Part shown: piece after piece, positions 10,486 through 18,992 of the stretch | How positions within the stretch are numbered: position 1 is the first letter of the stretch | Layout of the letters: each line of letters begins with the position of its first letter | Assembly: GCA_045545475.1 (NCBI GenBank) | Contig: JAZQAZ010000030.1 | Span: 64,001-128,000 of the forward strand | Reading direction: 5' to 3' | DNA from: Clostridia bacterium | GTDB taxonomy: Bacteria > Bacillota > Clostridia > CAKSNL01 > HGM11501 | DNA length: 64,000 nt | Notes under the pieces: generated by a model | What the model saw: only the letters and a program-made list of their open reading frames with translations | Database searches by the model: none | Told to the model about the DNA's origin: nothing | Made by a program: the position numbers and the translations under genes

Positions 10486-10524
10486 AAAACACGGAGCTAC
10501 CGATTGGAAGCTCCGTGTTTTTTT
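10486..10524 (+). terminator. Intrinsic terminator
   Basis: AAAACACGGAGCT...AGCTCCGTGTTTT followed by a T-run. Confidence 0.8.
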
Positions 10525-10593
10525 GTTTTATCGGTTGTATTTTTCATTTAATTATGATATACTTAAATTTATAAAATTAGCGGGAGGGTTTAT

Positions 10594-11724
10594 ATGAAAT
10601 TACTTGATTTTAACGCTCTTTCAGAGAATATAGAGAAAATTGCAGATTATGACCTTGAAAATAACAATGTTTTCGGTTCATCCTATTTTGTATATCAGAA
10701 AGGAAACCTTACATACAAAAAGCATTTCGGCTACACGGGATTAAACAAAGAGCAGGAAGTTGATGACCGTACCATTTTCCGCCTTGCATCAATGACAAAG
10801 CCCATAACCGCCTTTGCAATGATGGTTTTAATTGACAAAGGCTTAGTCTCCCTTGACACAAAGGCGAAGGATTTTGTTCCCGGGCTTTCAAAAATCCACG
10901 TAATAACCCCCGAAGGCGAAGACCTTGGCGAAGTTGTAAGCGATGTAACCATAAAGCACCTTCTTACCCATACATCCGGAATCGTAAGCCTTAAACCCCT
11001 TTCGCTTTCAGATGAGGAGAAAGCATCGCTTAAGGCTTCCGTCAATGGCTTTTTAAAAAACGGACTTGATTTTGAGCCCTTTACCAGGGCTGCCTATTCC
11101 GGAATTGCCGCCTTTAACATTGCATCTGTCATAATTGAAACGGTGTCCGGTATGAGCTATCCCGATTTTATCAAAAAGGAAATCTTTGAACCTCTCGGAA
11201 TGGTTGACACCGCCTTTATCCCCACATCGGAACAGGAAAGCCGTATAATTACAATGCATGTTAAAATTGAAGAGAAAAATGCTGTCGGCAAAACTTACCC
11301 GGGATGCATTTTCGGAGACTTCCCCTGGACACATCCTCTTGGCGGGGCGGGACTTTTCTCATCCCTGCACGACTATTCAGCCTTTGCAAAAATGCTTTTG
11401 GCAGAAGGTGAGACAGAAGACGGAAAGGCCCTTGTTTCAAAAGAAACCTTACGCCTTATGAAAACGCCGTTAGTTCCTCAGGATGTTATGCCTCAGAACG
11501 TATACAGCTGGGGACTTGGCGTTCGTGTAATTACAAATCCTGATTACCAGATTCTTCCCGTGGGTACTTTCGGATGGTCGGGTGCATACGGCCCCCACTT
11601 TTGGATTGATCCCGAAAACGAAGTATGCGCCGTATTTATGAAAAACTCCCAGTTTGACGGCGGAGCGGGCAATAAATCGGCTGTCAGATTTGAACAGGCA
11701 GTATTTGATTCATTTAAGGAGTAA
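10594..11724 (+). CDS. Serine hydrolase, beta-lactamase class C/esterase family
   Basis: FRLASMTK (SxxK), LLTHTSG, IFEPLGM, GGAGL and FGWSG motifs; no signal peptide. Confidence 0.88.
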   Translation: MKLLDFNALSENIEKIADYDLENNNVFGSSYFVYQKGNLTYKKHFGYTGLNKEQEVDDRTIFRLASMTKPITAFAMMVLIDKGLVSLDTKAKDFVPGLSKIHVITPEGEDLGEVVSDVTIKHLLTHTSGIVSLKPLSLSDEEKASLKASVNGFLKNGLDFEPFTRAAYSGIAAFNIASVIIETVSGMSYPDFIKKEIFEPLGMVDTAFIPTSEQESRIITMHVKIEEKNAVGKTYPGCIFGDFPWTHPLGGAGLFSSLHDYSAFAKMLLAEGETEDGKALVSKETLRLMKTPLVPQDVMPQNVYSWGLGVRVITNPDYQILPVGTFGWSGAYGPHFWIDPENEVCAVFMKNSQFDGGAGNKSAVRFEQAVFDSFKE

Positions 11725-11726
11725 TT

Positions 11727-13280
11727 ATGAGTATATTAAACGCAGAAAACATAAGCCACAGCTTTGGCGGAAGGCAGATTTTGGAGGATGCCAGCTTCCG
11801 TCTGCTTAAGGGCGAACACATCGGACTAATCGGTGCCAACGGCGAAGGAAAGTCCACCTTTCTTAAAATAATAACAGGCGAACTTACCCCAGAAGAGGGA
11901 AAGGTTGAGTGGTGCCGTCACATAACCTACGGATATTTAGACCAGTATTCCACCCTGGAGAAGGGCAAAACCATTATGGACATTTTAAGGGGTGCCTTTT
12001 CCCACCTTTCCGACCTTGAAGCTGAAATGATTGCCATATATGACAAAATGGCGGACGTAGCAGACGATGAAATGGCAAATCTTATGGAGGAGGTCGGCAC
12101 AATTCAGGAAATCCTGGACTCCTCCGGCTATTACACCATTGACACAAAAATCGTCGAGTACGCCAACGGCCTCGGCTTGTCGGAAATAGGCCTCGACAAG
12201 GATGTAACGGAGCTTTCCGGCGGTCAGCGTGCAAAGGTTTTGCTTGCCAAGGTGCTTCTTGAAAACCCCATGATTTTAATTTTGGACGAGCCCACAAACT
12301 TCCTTGACGAAAACCATATCCATTGGCTTACGGACTTTTTGCAGAACTATGAAAACGCATTTATATTAGTGTCCCACGATATGCCCTTCCTGACCAAAGT
12401 TACAAACGTAATCTATCACCTTGAAAACACGGTTTTGACAAGATACAAAGGTACATACGATGACTTTTTAAGAATGTACGACTTGAAGAAGCAGCAGGTT
12501 GAGCAGGCATTTAAGAAACAGCAGAAGAAAATTGCCGACCTTGAGGACTTTGTTGCAAGAAACAAGGCACGAGCCGCAACCGCAACATTGGCTCGTTCAA
12601 GGCAGAGAGAGCTTGACAAGATGGAGAAAATTACCATCGCTCCCGAAAAGATACGCCCCACCTTCTCCTTTAAGTCAGACCGTACACCCGGCAAGGTGGT
12701 AATTTCCGCTAAAAACCTTGTCATAGGCTATGACTCTCCCCTTTCCAAAAAGATTGACATTGAGATTGAGCGAAACAAAAAAATCGCCATAAAAGGCGTT
12801 AACGGTCTGGGAAAATCCACACTTTTAAAAACATTGCTTAAGCTTATCCCTCCCATCGAGGGTGATATTCAGCACGACCAGTTTATAAACGTGGGCTATT
12901 TTGAGCAGGAGGAAATTGCCTCCGACAAAACTGCCCTTGCCGAATTCTGGGACACCTTCCCCTCCCTTACCAACGCCGAAGCGAGAGCCGCCCTTGCAAA
13001 GTGCGGTCTTACCACCGACCATATCACAAGTCAGATGAAGGTATTGTCGGGCGGTGAAAACGCCAAGGTACGCCTTTGTAAAATTATGCAGAGCCCTGCA
13101 AATATTTTAGTTTTGGACGAGCCGACAAACCATCTTGACATTATGGCAAAGGAAGAGCTTGCCAAGGCTATAAAGGAATTTAAGGGAACAGTTTTACTTG
13201 TGTGCCACGAAGCGGAATTTTACGAGGATATTGTGGACGAGGTATGGGACGTTTCCTCCTGGAGCACAAAGATAGTTTAA
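11727..13280 (+). CDS. ABC-F family ATPase (YfmM-like ribosome-associated factor)
   Basis: Two NBDs (GANGEGKST/LSGGQ/LDEPTN and GVNGLGKST/LSGGE/LDEPTNHLD), helical linker, no TM domain. Confidence 0.92.
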   Translation: MSILNAENISHSFGGRQILEDASFRLLKGEHIGLIGANGEGKSTFLKIITGELTPEEGKVEWCRHITYGYLDQYSTLEKGKTIMDILRGAFSHLSDLEAEMIAIYDKMADVADDEMANLMEEVGTIQEILDSSGYYTIDTKIVEYANGLGLSEIGLDKDVTELSGGQRAKVLLAKVLLENPMILILDEPTNFLDENHIHWLTDFLQNYENAFILVSHDMPFLTKVTNVIYHLENTVLTRYKGTYDDFLRMYDLKKQQVEQAFKKQQKKIADLEDFVARNKARAATATLARSRQRELDKMEKITIAPEKIRPTFSFKSDRTPGKVVISAKNLVIGYDSPLSKKIDIEIERNKKIAIKGVNGLGKSTLLKTLLKLIPPIEGDIQHDQFINVGYFEQEEIASDKTALAEFWDTFPSLTNAEARAALAKCGLTTDHITSQMKVLSGGENAKVRLCKIMQSPANILVLDEPTNHLDIMAKEELAKAIKEFKGTVLLVCHEAEFYEDIVDEVWDVSSWSTKIV

Positions 13281-13286
13281 GAATAC

Positions 13287-13318
13287 TAGTAAAAGAGCAG
13301 TTGTATGCTCTTTTACTA
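13287..13318 (+). terminator. Intrinsic terminator
   Basis: TAGTAAAAGAGCA-loop-TGCTCTTTTACTA. Confidence 0.75.
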
Positions 13319-13333
13319 TAAACAACATTTAAC

Positions 13334-13362
13334 TTGACAAGTTTAGATTTTTATGGTATAAT
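13334..13362 (+). promoter_or_regulatory. Perfect-consensus SigA promoter upstream of the cassette array
   Basis: TTGACA-17 nt-TATAAT with TG extended -10. Confidence 0.85.
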
Positions 13363-13514
13363 TTATTATACGCAGGCGGGCTTTACCGTACTGCGGATTT
13401 TTGCCGCCATATTTTAGCCCTATAAGTTAACAAAGGATGTGATGCCTATGATTGTACTATGACCGCACAGGAAAATTAATAAAATCAAATTAATATAAAG
13501 GAGGACTAAACAAT

Positions 13515-14612
13515 ATGTTTAACAACAAATATTTTAACGATTATAATTCAATGGACGATGAGGAAAAAACCGCCATACGTTATGGTGCTGAAGGAAGAGA
13601 CCTAAGCGATGTTATACGCTCGAGTCATAAAAAAATCAGCGACCCCAATAAAGTTTTCGATGCGTGGGTTAAGGGTGAGGGCATGCGTAAAACGGGAGAA
13701 TCAAAAGCCTTTCTCGACGAAATTGAAAAGTCGGAAATGGATGAACTTGAAAAATCATTATCAAAGCGGGATAAAACTGATGCAAACGGAATTTCTGCCT
13801 CTCCTATCAAAGATATATGGGGAAATGATTTAGCAAATGACACCTATGAAAAGGCAGAAAATACTGAAGATAATGCTTCAATAGAAAAAATGCCTTTTAT
13901 AACCGATTTTGATAGCACCGCAAAAGCACAAGCCTTGCCTCATATAAACAATTTATTGCCAAAGGACAAGGACTATGATATAATGTATCTAAGCGATGAT
14001 GCGGATTCGGCAGGCACTACTTCTTCCGGTCAGACAAATCAAAATGCATCGGAATCCGAAAGTAGTACCACTTTCGTTACCTATGGGTATTCCGACGAAA
14101 ATGTTGTAGGCGGAATTCAATTAAGACTTAATGAACTCGGCTACACAGATGTTGACATCACAGGAACCTTTGACGCAAGTACCGAAGCTGCTATAAAGGA
14201 GTTTCAGGAAGAGCGAGAGCTTCCGGTAACAGGTGTTCTTGACGATGCGACCAAAGCCGAGATGGGCTTTTCCGACGATTATTCCGTTTCCAGAAAAGGT
14301 GAAAACGCAACACCCTGGCACGCGCCATATTCTCCGCCCTTTAATATGGAGGACTATAAGCGAGAACAGGAAAGGCTAAAGAGAGAAAAAGAAGAAGCCT
14401 TAAAAGCAAAAGAAGATGAGGAAAATCTGCCTTTTTATAAGAAGTTAATCCTACCTATCCTTTTGAGGGAAACATATGAGGGTACTGCCCCTACAGCATC
14501 AGATCTGACGGAAGAAAATAAATTGCCGGAAAATTCCAACGAAGGAGTTTTGCAAGACGGAAATGTTATCGACGGAGCCAACTATCCTTATCCTGTTGAC
14601 GGATATAATTAA
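13515..14612 (+). CDS. Peptidoglycan-binding-domain protein with exchangeable C-terminus (candidate polymorphic effector)
   Basis: PG_binding_1-like segment VGGIQLRLNELGY..TGTFDASTEAAIKEFQEERELPVTGVLDDATKAEM; no signal peptide; 3' part is repeated downstream; RBS AAGGAGG. Confidence 0.7.
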   Translation: MFNNKYFNDYNSMDDEEKTAIRYGAEGRDLSDVIRSSHKKISDPNKVFDAWVKGEGMRKTGESKAFLDEIEKSEMDELEKSLSKRDKTDANGISASPIKDIWGNDLANDTYEKAENTEDNASIEKMPFITDFDSTAKAQALPHINNLLPKDKDYDIMYLSDDADSAGTTSSGQTNQNASESESSTTFVTYGYSDENVVGGIQLRLNELGYTDVDITGTFDASTEAAIKEFQEERELPVTGVLDDATKAEMGFSDDYSVSRKGENATPWHAPYSPPFNMEDYKREQERLKREKEEALKAKEDEENLPFYKKLILPILLRETYEGTAPTASDLTEENKLPENSNEGVLQDGNVIDGANYPYPVDGYN

Positions 14613-14634
14613 TAAGGAGGAGTTATAATTGAAA

Positions 14635-15573
14635 ATGAAAAAGCTTGTTATTTGGAGATTTATACTGCCACTTATATTCGCCGCTATTGCAACTATTTTG
14701 GCGTACGGGATAGTCTGCTTTGACCAAAGATGGTCAAACGGCAAAAATGATATTTACAAGTTGTCGCTTTTCATAGCCATAGCCATAATTTCGGTTATAT
14801 ATTTTTTCGTGGGGAAAAAATATAATGATGTAAATGTAAAAAAGCTTTTTCTTATTTTTTCAATTTGGACTGCAGTAATATCTTCAGTTTCTTTCCTTAC
14901 TAAAAATTCTACGATACTTCTTTTAAGCGGAATACACTATTATTATTTCGGAGCCATTTTAGAAATATTCCCTGCGTCAACTCCCATTATCATTCTTATA
15001 TCGGGTTTTATTTCAGAAATGCTTGTTCTTACAACCGGCATCGTTTACGGAAGATTATCCAAGCCCGAGAAGAAATACACTTTCACATTCTATAAAATAT
15101 CTTCTCTGCTATTGTGGATTCTCTCTATGCTCTTTTTCTACTCAATAACTCTTATTTTCTTAAAAATCCCCTATACAGTACTTAAACAAAACATCGCACT
15201 TGAATCAGGACGTATAATTTCAGGCACTCTTTGTTGCCTTTGGTACTTTTTTGCCGGAATAAAAACCTCAAAGGGCAATTTATTGAAAACCCTTTCAGCC
15301 ATTTCTCTATGGAACGTACTTGCTGTAATATTAAGATTTGTAACCACCTCCTTTATCCCCCTTTATCTCAGCGGAGGCTATATATCCCTTTTGAGTGCAG
15401 TCTCTGTTTTTACCAACTCAAAAGCTATAATTTATTTATCAGCTTTTGCAGTAGAACTCGCCTTAATTTCATCAGGTGTACTTTTTGGACGGCATCTTGA
15501 TAAAAAGAAAGCACCGTCCTTCAAAAATGATGAAGAAAAATGGATGCTTACAAGAGAGCACAGGAAAGGCTAA
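14635..15573 (+). CDS. Polytopic membrane protein, two ~140-aa repeats (candidate immunity protein 1)
   Basis: About 8 hydrophobic segments; paralogous to 15829, 17601 and 18091; RBS AAGGAGG. Confidence 0.7.
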   Translation: MKKLVIWRFILPLIFAAIATILAYGIVCFDQRWSNGKNDIYKLSLFIAIAIISVIYFFVGKKYNDVNVKKLFLIFSIWTAVISSVSFLTKNSTILLLSGIHYYYFGAILEIFPASTPIIILISGFISEMLVLTTGIVYGRLSKPEKKYTFTFYKISSLLLWILSMLFFYSITLIFLKIPYTVLKQNIALESGRIISGTLCCLWYFFAGIKTSKGNLLKTLSAISLWNVLAVILRFVTTSFIPLYLSGGYISLLSAVSVFTNSKAIIYLSAFAVELALISSGVLFGRHLDKKKAPSFKNDEEKWMLTREHRKG

Positions 15574-15797
15574 AGCGAGAAAAAGAAGAAGCCTTAAAAG
15601 CAAAAGAAGAGGAAGAAAATCTGCCCTTATATAAGAAGTTACTCCTCCCTTTTCTTTCGAGGATAATATACGAGGGTACTGCTCCCACAGCATCAGATCT
15701 GACGGAAGACAATAAGTTGCCCGAAAATCCCAACGAAGGAGTTTTGCAAGACGGCAATGTTATCGACGGAGCAAACTATCCTTATCCTGTTAACTGA
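15540..15797 (+). pseudogene. Orphan C-terminal cassette 1 of the 13515 protein
   Basis: Near-identical to 14346..14612 (QERLKREKEEALKAKE...GANYPYPV); lacks the N-terminus and PG-binding domain and has no clear RBS. Confidence 0.8.
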
Positions 15798-15828
15798 CAT
15801 AATCAATAATAAGGAGATGTAATCAAAA

Positions 15829-16719
15829 ATGAAAAAGCTTGTTATTATACGCCTTGCTTCATTTGTTGCCTGGTTTCTTGGAACAGAAATCACTGCAATC
15901 GCTTTACTATTATGCAGAATTAATCCGGATGACATAATGAATAATTGGTGGAATTTAAATTTTTGTTATGCATCCGGAATGATAGCATTATACCTTTTTT
16001 ATTTCTTTGCAGGAAAATTTTTTCACGATATCAGCATAAGAAAGCTAATTCCAATATTTTTCATTTGGACGCTGCTTTCCATTTTGTCTGATGCTTTTTT
16101 AGCAAAGTATCTTATTTTTTCAAGCGGTTCATTTATTTTGTTCTCAGCAGATGTCTTAACAATGGGCTTTACCGATAACCGCTATCTCGCATACCCGATA
16201 GGCTTTTTCATTGAAATTTTCGTCCTTGTTACGGGGATTTTGCTTGGCAGAATAACATCCGGAAAAATCTCCGGAGGAAACTTTGTCTATCCGGCAAAAT
16301 TCTTTGCTGTAATTATAGCCACTATGACGGCGCGTTTTGTCAGACACATAGTTGTTGCCGTGTCTGACAATCCGGATATTAATTATCTTAAAGATGCAGC
16401 ACTTGATTTAGGCTGGGTTATTTCGCTTCTCGCAGTTGCCGTATGGTATTTTTATATCGGATATAAATGCCATAATACAAACTTAAAAATTGTTATTCCG
16501 ATTTACTTTATATGGAATGCAATCGGCGTGGCATTATGGCGTATTTCAGGAAACTGGAATGCAGTTATGCTATGCGGAGGATACACAGGCTTTTTTAACG
16601 GAATAAGAGTTTGCACTCCCGATAGATTTCTTTGGCTTGTATGTATCGGAGCTTTTTTACTTGAAGCAACTTTCCTGACGGCAGGCGTGATTTTAAGGCG
16701 GTACAAAAGAAAAAATTAG
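15829..16719 (+). CDS. Polytopic membrane protein, two repeats (candidate immunity protein 2)
   Basis: Two copies of YF-x-x-G-x-K...W...GGY/GSF...F-x-x-E-x6-G; RBS AAGGAG. Confidence 0.7.
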   Translation: MKKLVIIRLASFVAWFLGTEITAIALLLCRINPDDIMNNWWNLNFCYASGMIALYLFYFFAGKFFHDISIRKLIPIFFIWTLLSILSDAFLAKYLIFSSGSFILFSADVLTMGFTDNRYLAYPIGFFIEIFVLVTGILLGRITSGKISGGNFVYPAKFFAVIIATMTARFVRHIVVAVSDNPDINYLKDAALDLGWVISLLAVAVWYFYIGYKCHNTNLKIVIPIYFIWNAIGVALWRISGNWNAVMLCGGYTGFFNGIRVCTPDRFLWLVCIGAFLLEATFLTAGVILRRYKRKN

Positions 16720-16740
16720 TATATATGGCGTGGAAATTCT

Positions 16741-17181
16741 ATGTTAAAAATACTTTCTTTACATTTAGGACTCGGAATAATATCGTTAGCCGTAAATTAT
16801 CTTTTAGTACCAAATCCCACAAGATGGGTGCTTTGCGTCATATTCAGCATTTTATATTTTATTGCGGGAGTTTTCAGTACTAAAAAAACAGTCCTTGCAG
16901 CTGCACCGATTACATCCCTTCTTCCCTTTTTATCAAGATTAATACAGATTATTCTCGGCAGCACTATGTTCTCACATAAAATCATATCCGACCTTACCGT
17001 TATCCCCTACGGCGGAGCCTATGCTTTTACTTTAGCAACAGTTGACCTACTTTATACAGGTCACGCTTTTTGGGCGTGGTTCATCAGAATTTTGGGTTAT
17101 TTATCCCCCGGCATTTTAATTTTAGTCGGTTACTTGTTAAAAAAGCTTCTCGCAACAAAAAGTGAAACTTCTGCTATGTAA
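16741..17181 (+). CDS. Four-TM membrane protein, divergent single repeat (orphan immunity-like)
   Basis: LYFIAG and YGGAY resemble the family motif; hydrophobic. Confidence 0.55.
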   Translation: MLKILSLHLGLGIISLAVNYLLVPNPTRWVLCVIFSILYFIAGVFSTKKTVLAAAPITSLLPFLSRLIQIILGSTMFSHKIISDLTVIPYGGAYAFTLATVDLLYTGHAFWAWFIRILGYLSPGILILVGYLLKKLLATKSETSAM

Positions 17182-17203
17182 AGAAAATCCAATAATACTC
17201 TTG

Positions 17204-17576
17204 GCTTCCGGTAACAGGTGTTCTTGACGATGCGACCAAAGCCGAGATGGGCTTTTCCGACGATTATTCCGTTTCCAGAAAAGGCGAAAACGCAACCCCG
17301 TGGCACGTTCCCGAATCACCGCCTTTTAACATGGAAGCATACAAGAGAAAACAAGAAGGACTAAAGCGCGAGCAGGAAGTAGCGAAAGCTGCAAAAGAAG
17401 AGGAAGAAAACTTTTCCCTTTGGGCATGGTTACTAAATTTACCCTTATCCGTATTATCACTTATACTTGGCGAAGATGCCGTCAGCGGTATGAACCCCGG
17501 AACAGAGGTGGCAGAAGATCCTTTACAAGAAGAGGATTTATGGAAAAACGGTACTATGAATGATTATAATAATTAG
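17204..17576 (+). pseudogene. Orphan C-terminal cassette 2 with a different tip
   Basis: 17204..17284 is an exact 81-bp copy of 14219..14299. Homology runs to EEEEN and then switches to an unrelated tail (FSLWAWLLNLPLSVLSLILG...). Confidence 0.8.
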
Positions 17577-17600
17577 TATTAATTAAAAAGAGGGATAGAT

Positions 17601-18023
17601 GTGAAAAAGCTTATTATATGGAGATTACTGATACTTCCAATCGGTTTCGCAGTAGAATGTGCGGCAGCGACCTTTGCCGTATATATTTTAAAAATAACTT
17701 CAAAAACAGGGCTTATTGTAGGTGCTGCAGCAGGAATACTAGCCGCAGCTGTTTTATACTTTCTTGCAGGATTTAAAAATCACAAAGCAAGTATCCCGAA
17801 AATATCCTTGTGGTATTTTTTATGGACTGTTACAGTTCTTGTGTTTGCTTCATTTTTTAATTCTCCCATTTTAGGCCCAGTTGCAGGCGGATATATTTTA
17901 TTTTCTCAAATAAACTATTTTCTGCCGGCAGGTTCGGAAATTTTATCCAGCACTTTAGCTTTCGCATTGGAGATTTCCTTTTTATCTTTCGGGATATTTA
18001 CCGGCAGATATGCAGATAAATAA
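17601..18023 (+). CDS. Four-TM membrane protein, single repeat (candidate immunity protein for cassette 2)
   Basis: N-terminus MKKLIIWR like 14635; LYFLAGFK, AGGY and AFALE..GIFTGR motifs. Confidence 0.7.
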   Translation: MKKLIIWRLLILPIGFAVECAAATFAVYILKITSKTGLIVGAAAGILAAAVLYFLAGFKNHKASIPKISLWYFLWTVTVLVFASFFNSPILGPVAGGYILFSQINYFLPAGSEILSSTLAFALEISFLSFGIFTGRYADK

Positions 18024-18034
18024 CAATAGATAAT

Positions 18035-18078
18035 GCCAACTATCCTTATCCTGTAGATGGATATAACTAATAAGGAGG
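18035..18078 (+). repeat. Remnant of the effector 3' end plus RBS (ANYPYPVDGYN*)
   Basis: GCCAACTATCCTTATCCTGT-x-GA-x-GGATATAA-x-TAATAAGGAGG matches 14577..14620. Confidence 0.85.
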
Positions 18079-18090
18079 ATGTAATTGGAG

Positions 18091-18981
18091 ATGAAAAAAT
18101 TAGTATTTGCACGTTTTATAATCTATGTTGCATGGATCATCCCCACAATCCTTATGCTACTATTACTAACACTATTCGATCAGAAGTATCAGTTAGATAT
18201 GGAAGCTTTCTATTCTCTTACAGTTCGTCTGTCAATAGCCTTAGTTTCTGTATTATATTTTTTTATGGGGAAAAAGTATTATGATGTAAATCTCAAAAAG
18301 CTTTTACTTATTTTTTCTATATGGTCCATAATAATATCTTTGTCAGTGCTTCTTACCAGTCAACCCCTGCTCCTATTCTTAAGCGGTGCACTTTATTGTT
18401 ATACTAACTTAATTCCGGTGACATTTCCGATAACATCTCCTGCGCTGTGCCTTATACTTGGATTTGCTTTCGAGATGATTATCCTTATGAGCGGAATAAT
18501 ATACGGCAGACTTTCCAACAAATACAGCAATCGTCCATTTTTTACTTATTACAAAATATCTGCTTTGTTATTGTGGTTTATCTCTATGCTCTTTTTCTAC
18601 TCAATAACTCTTATTTTCTTAAAAATCCCCTATACAGTACTTAAACAAAACATCGCACTTGAATCAGGACGTATAATTTCAGGTGCTCTTTGTTGCCTTT
18701 GGTACTTTTTTGCCGGAATAAAAACCTCAAAGGGCAATTTATTGAAAACCCTTTCAGCCATTTCTCTATGGAACGTACTTGCTGTAATATTAAGATTTGT
18801 AAGCACCTCCTTTATCCCCCTTTATCTCAGCGGAGGCTATATATCCATTTTGAGTGCTGTATCAGTGTTTACCGACTCAAAGCCCATAATTTATCTATCA
18901 GCTTTTGCAGTAGAACTCGCCTTAATTTCATCAGGTGTACTTTTAAGGCGGCATCTTGATAAAAAGAAAAAAATAATTTAA
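18091..18981 (+). CDS. Polytopic membrane protein, two repeats (candidate immunity protein); second half near-identical to 14635 gene
   Basis: 18581..18969 is a near-identical copy of 15122..15510. Confidence 0.72.
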   Translation: MKKLVFARFIIYVAWIIPTILMLLLLTLFDQKYQLDMEAFYSLTVRLSIALVSVLYFFMGKKYYDVNLKKLLLIFSIWSIIISLSVLLTSQPLLLFLSGALYCYTNLIPVTFPITSPALCLILGFAFEMIILMSGIIYGRLSNKYSNRPFFTYYKISALLLWFISMLFFYSITLIFLKIPYTVLKQNIALESGRIISGALCCLWYFFAGIKTSKGNLLKTLSAISLWNVLAVILRFVSTSFIPLYLSGGYISILSAVSVFTDSKPIIYLSAFAVELALISSGVLLRRHLDKKKKII

Positions 18982-18992
18982 GGAGAATTATC

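Noticed and set aside
9495-10524. Integrative element or prophage at tRNA-Arg
   Set aside because: No integrase, and I saw no duplicated tRNA 3' end (attR) in the window.
10594-13280. Antibiotic-resistance pair (beta-lactamase plus ARE ABC-F)
   Set aside because: The hydrolase lacks a signal peptide and looks esterase-like, and the ABC-F resembles housekeeping YfmM-type proteins; resistance cannot be supported from sequence.
15231-18959. Duplicated 89-aa alternative-frame ORFs (15231..15500 and 18690..18959)
   Set aside because: By-product of the 389-bp DNA repeat inside the membrane genes.
13515-18981. Diversity-generating retroelement or invertase shufflon as explanation for the repeats
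   Set aside because: No reverse transcriptase or recombinase; differences are not adenine-specific and all repeats are direct, not inverted.
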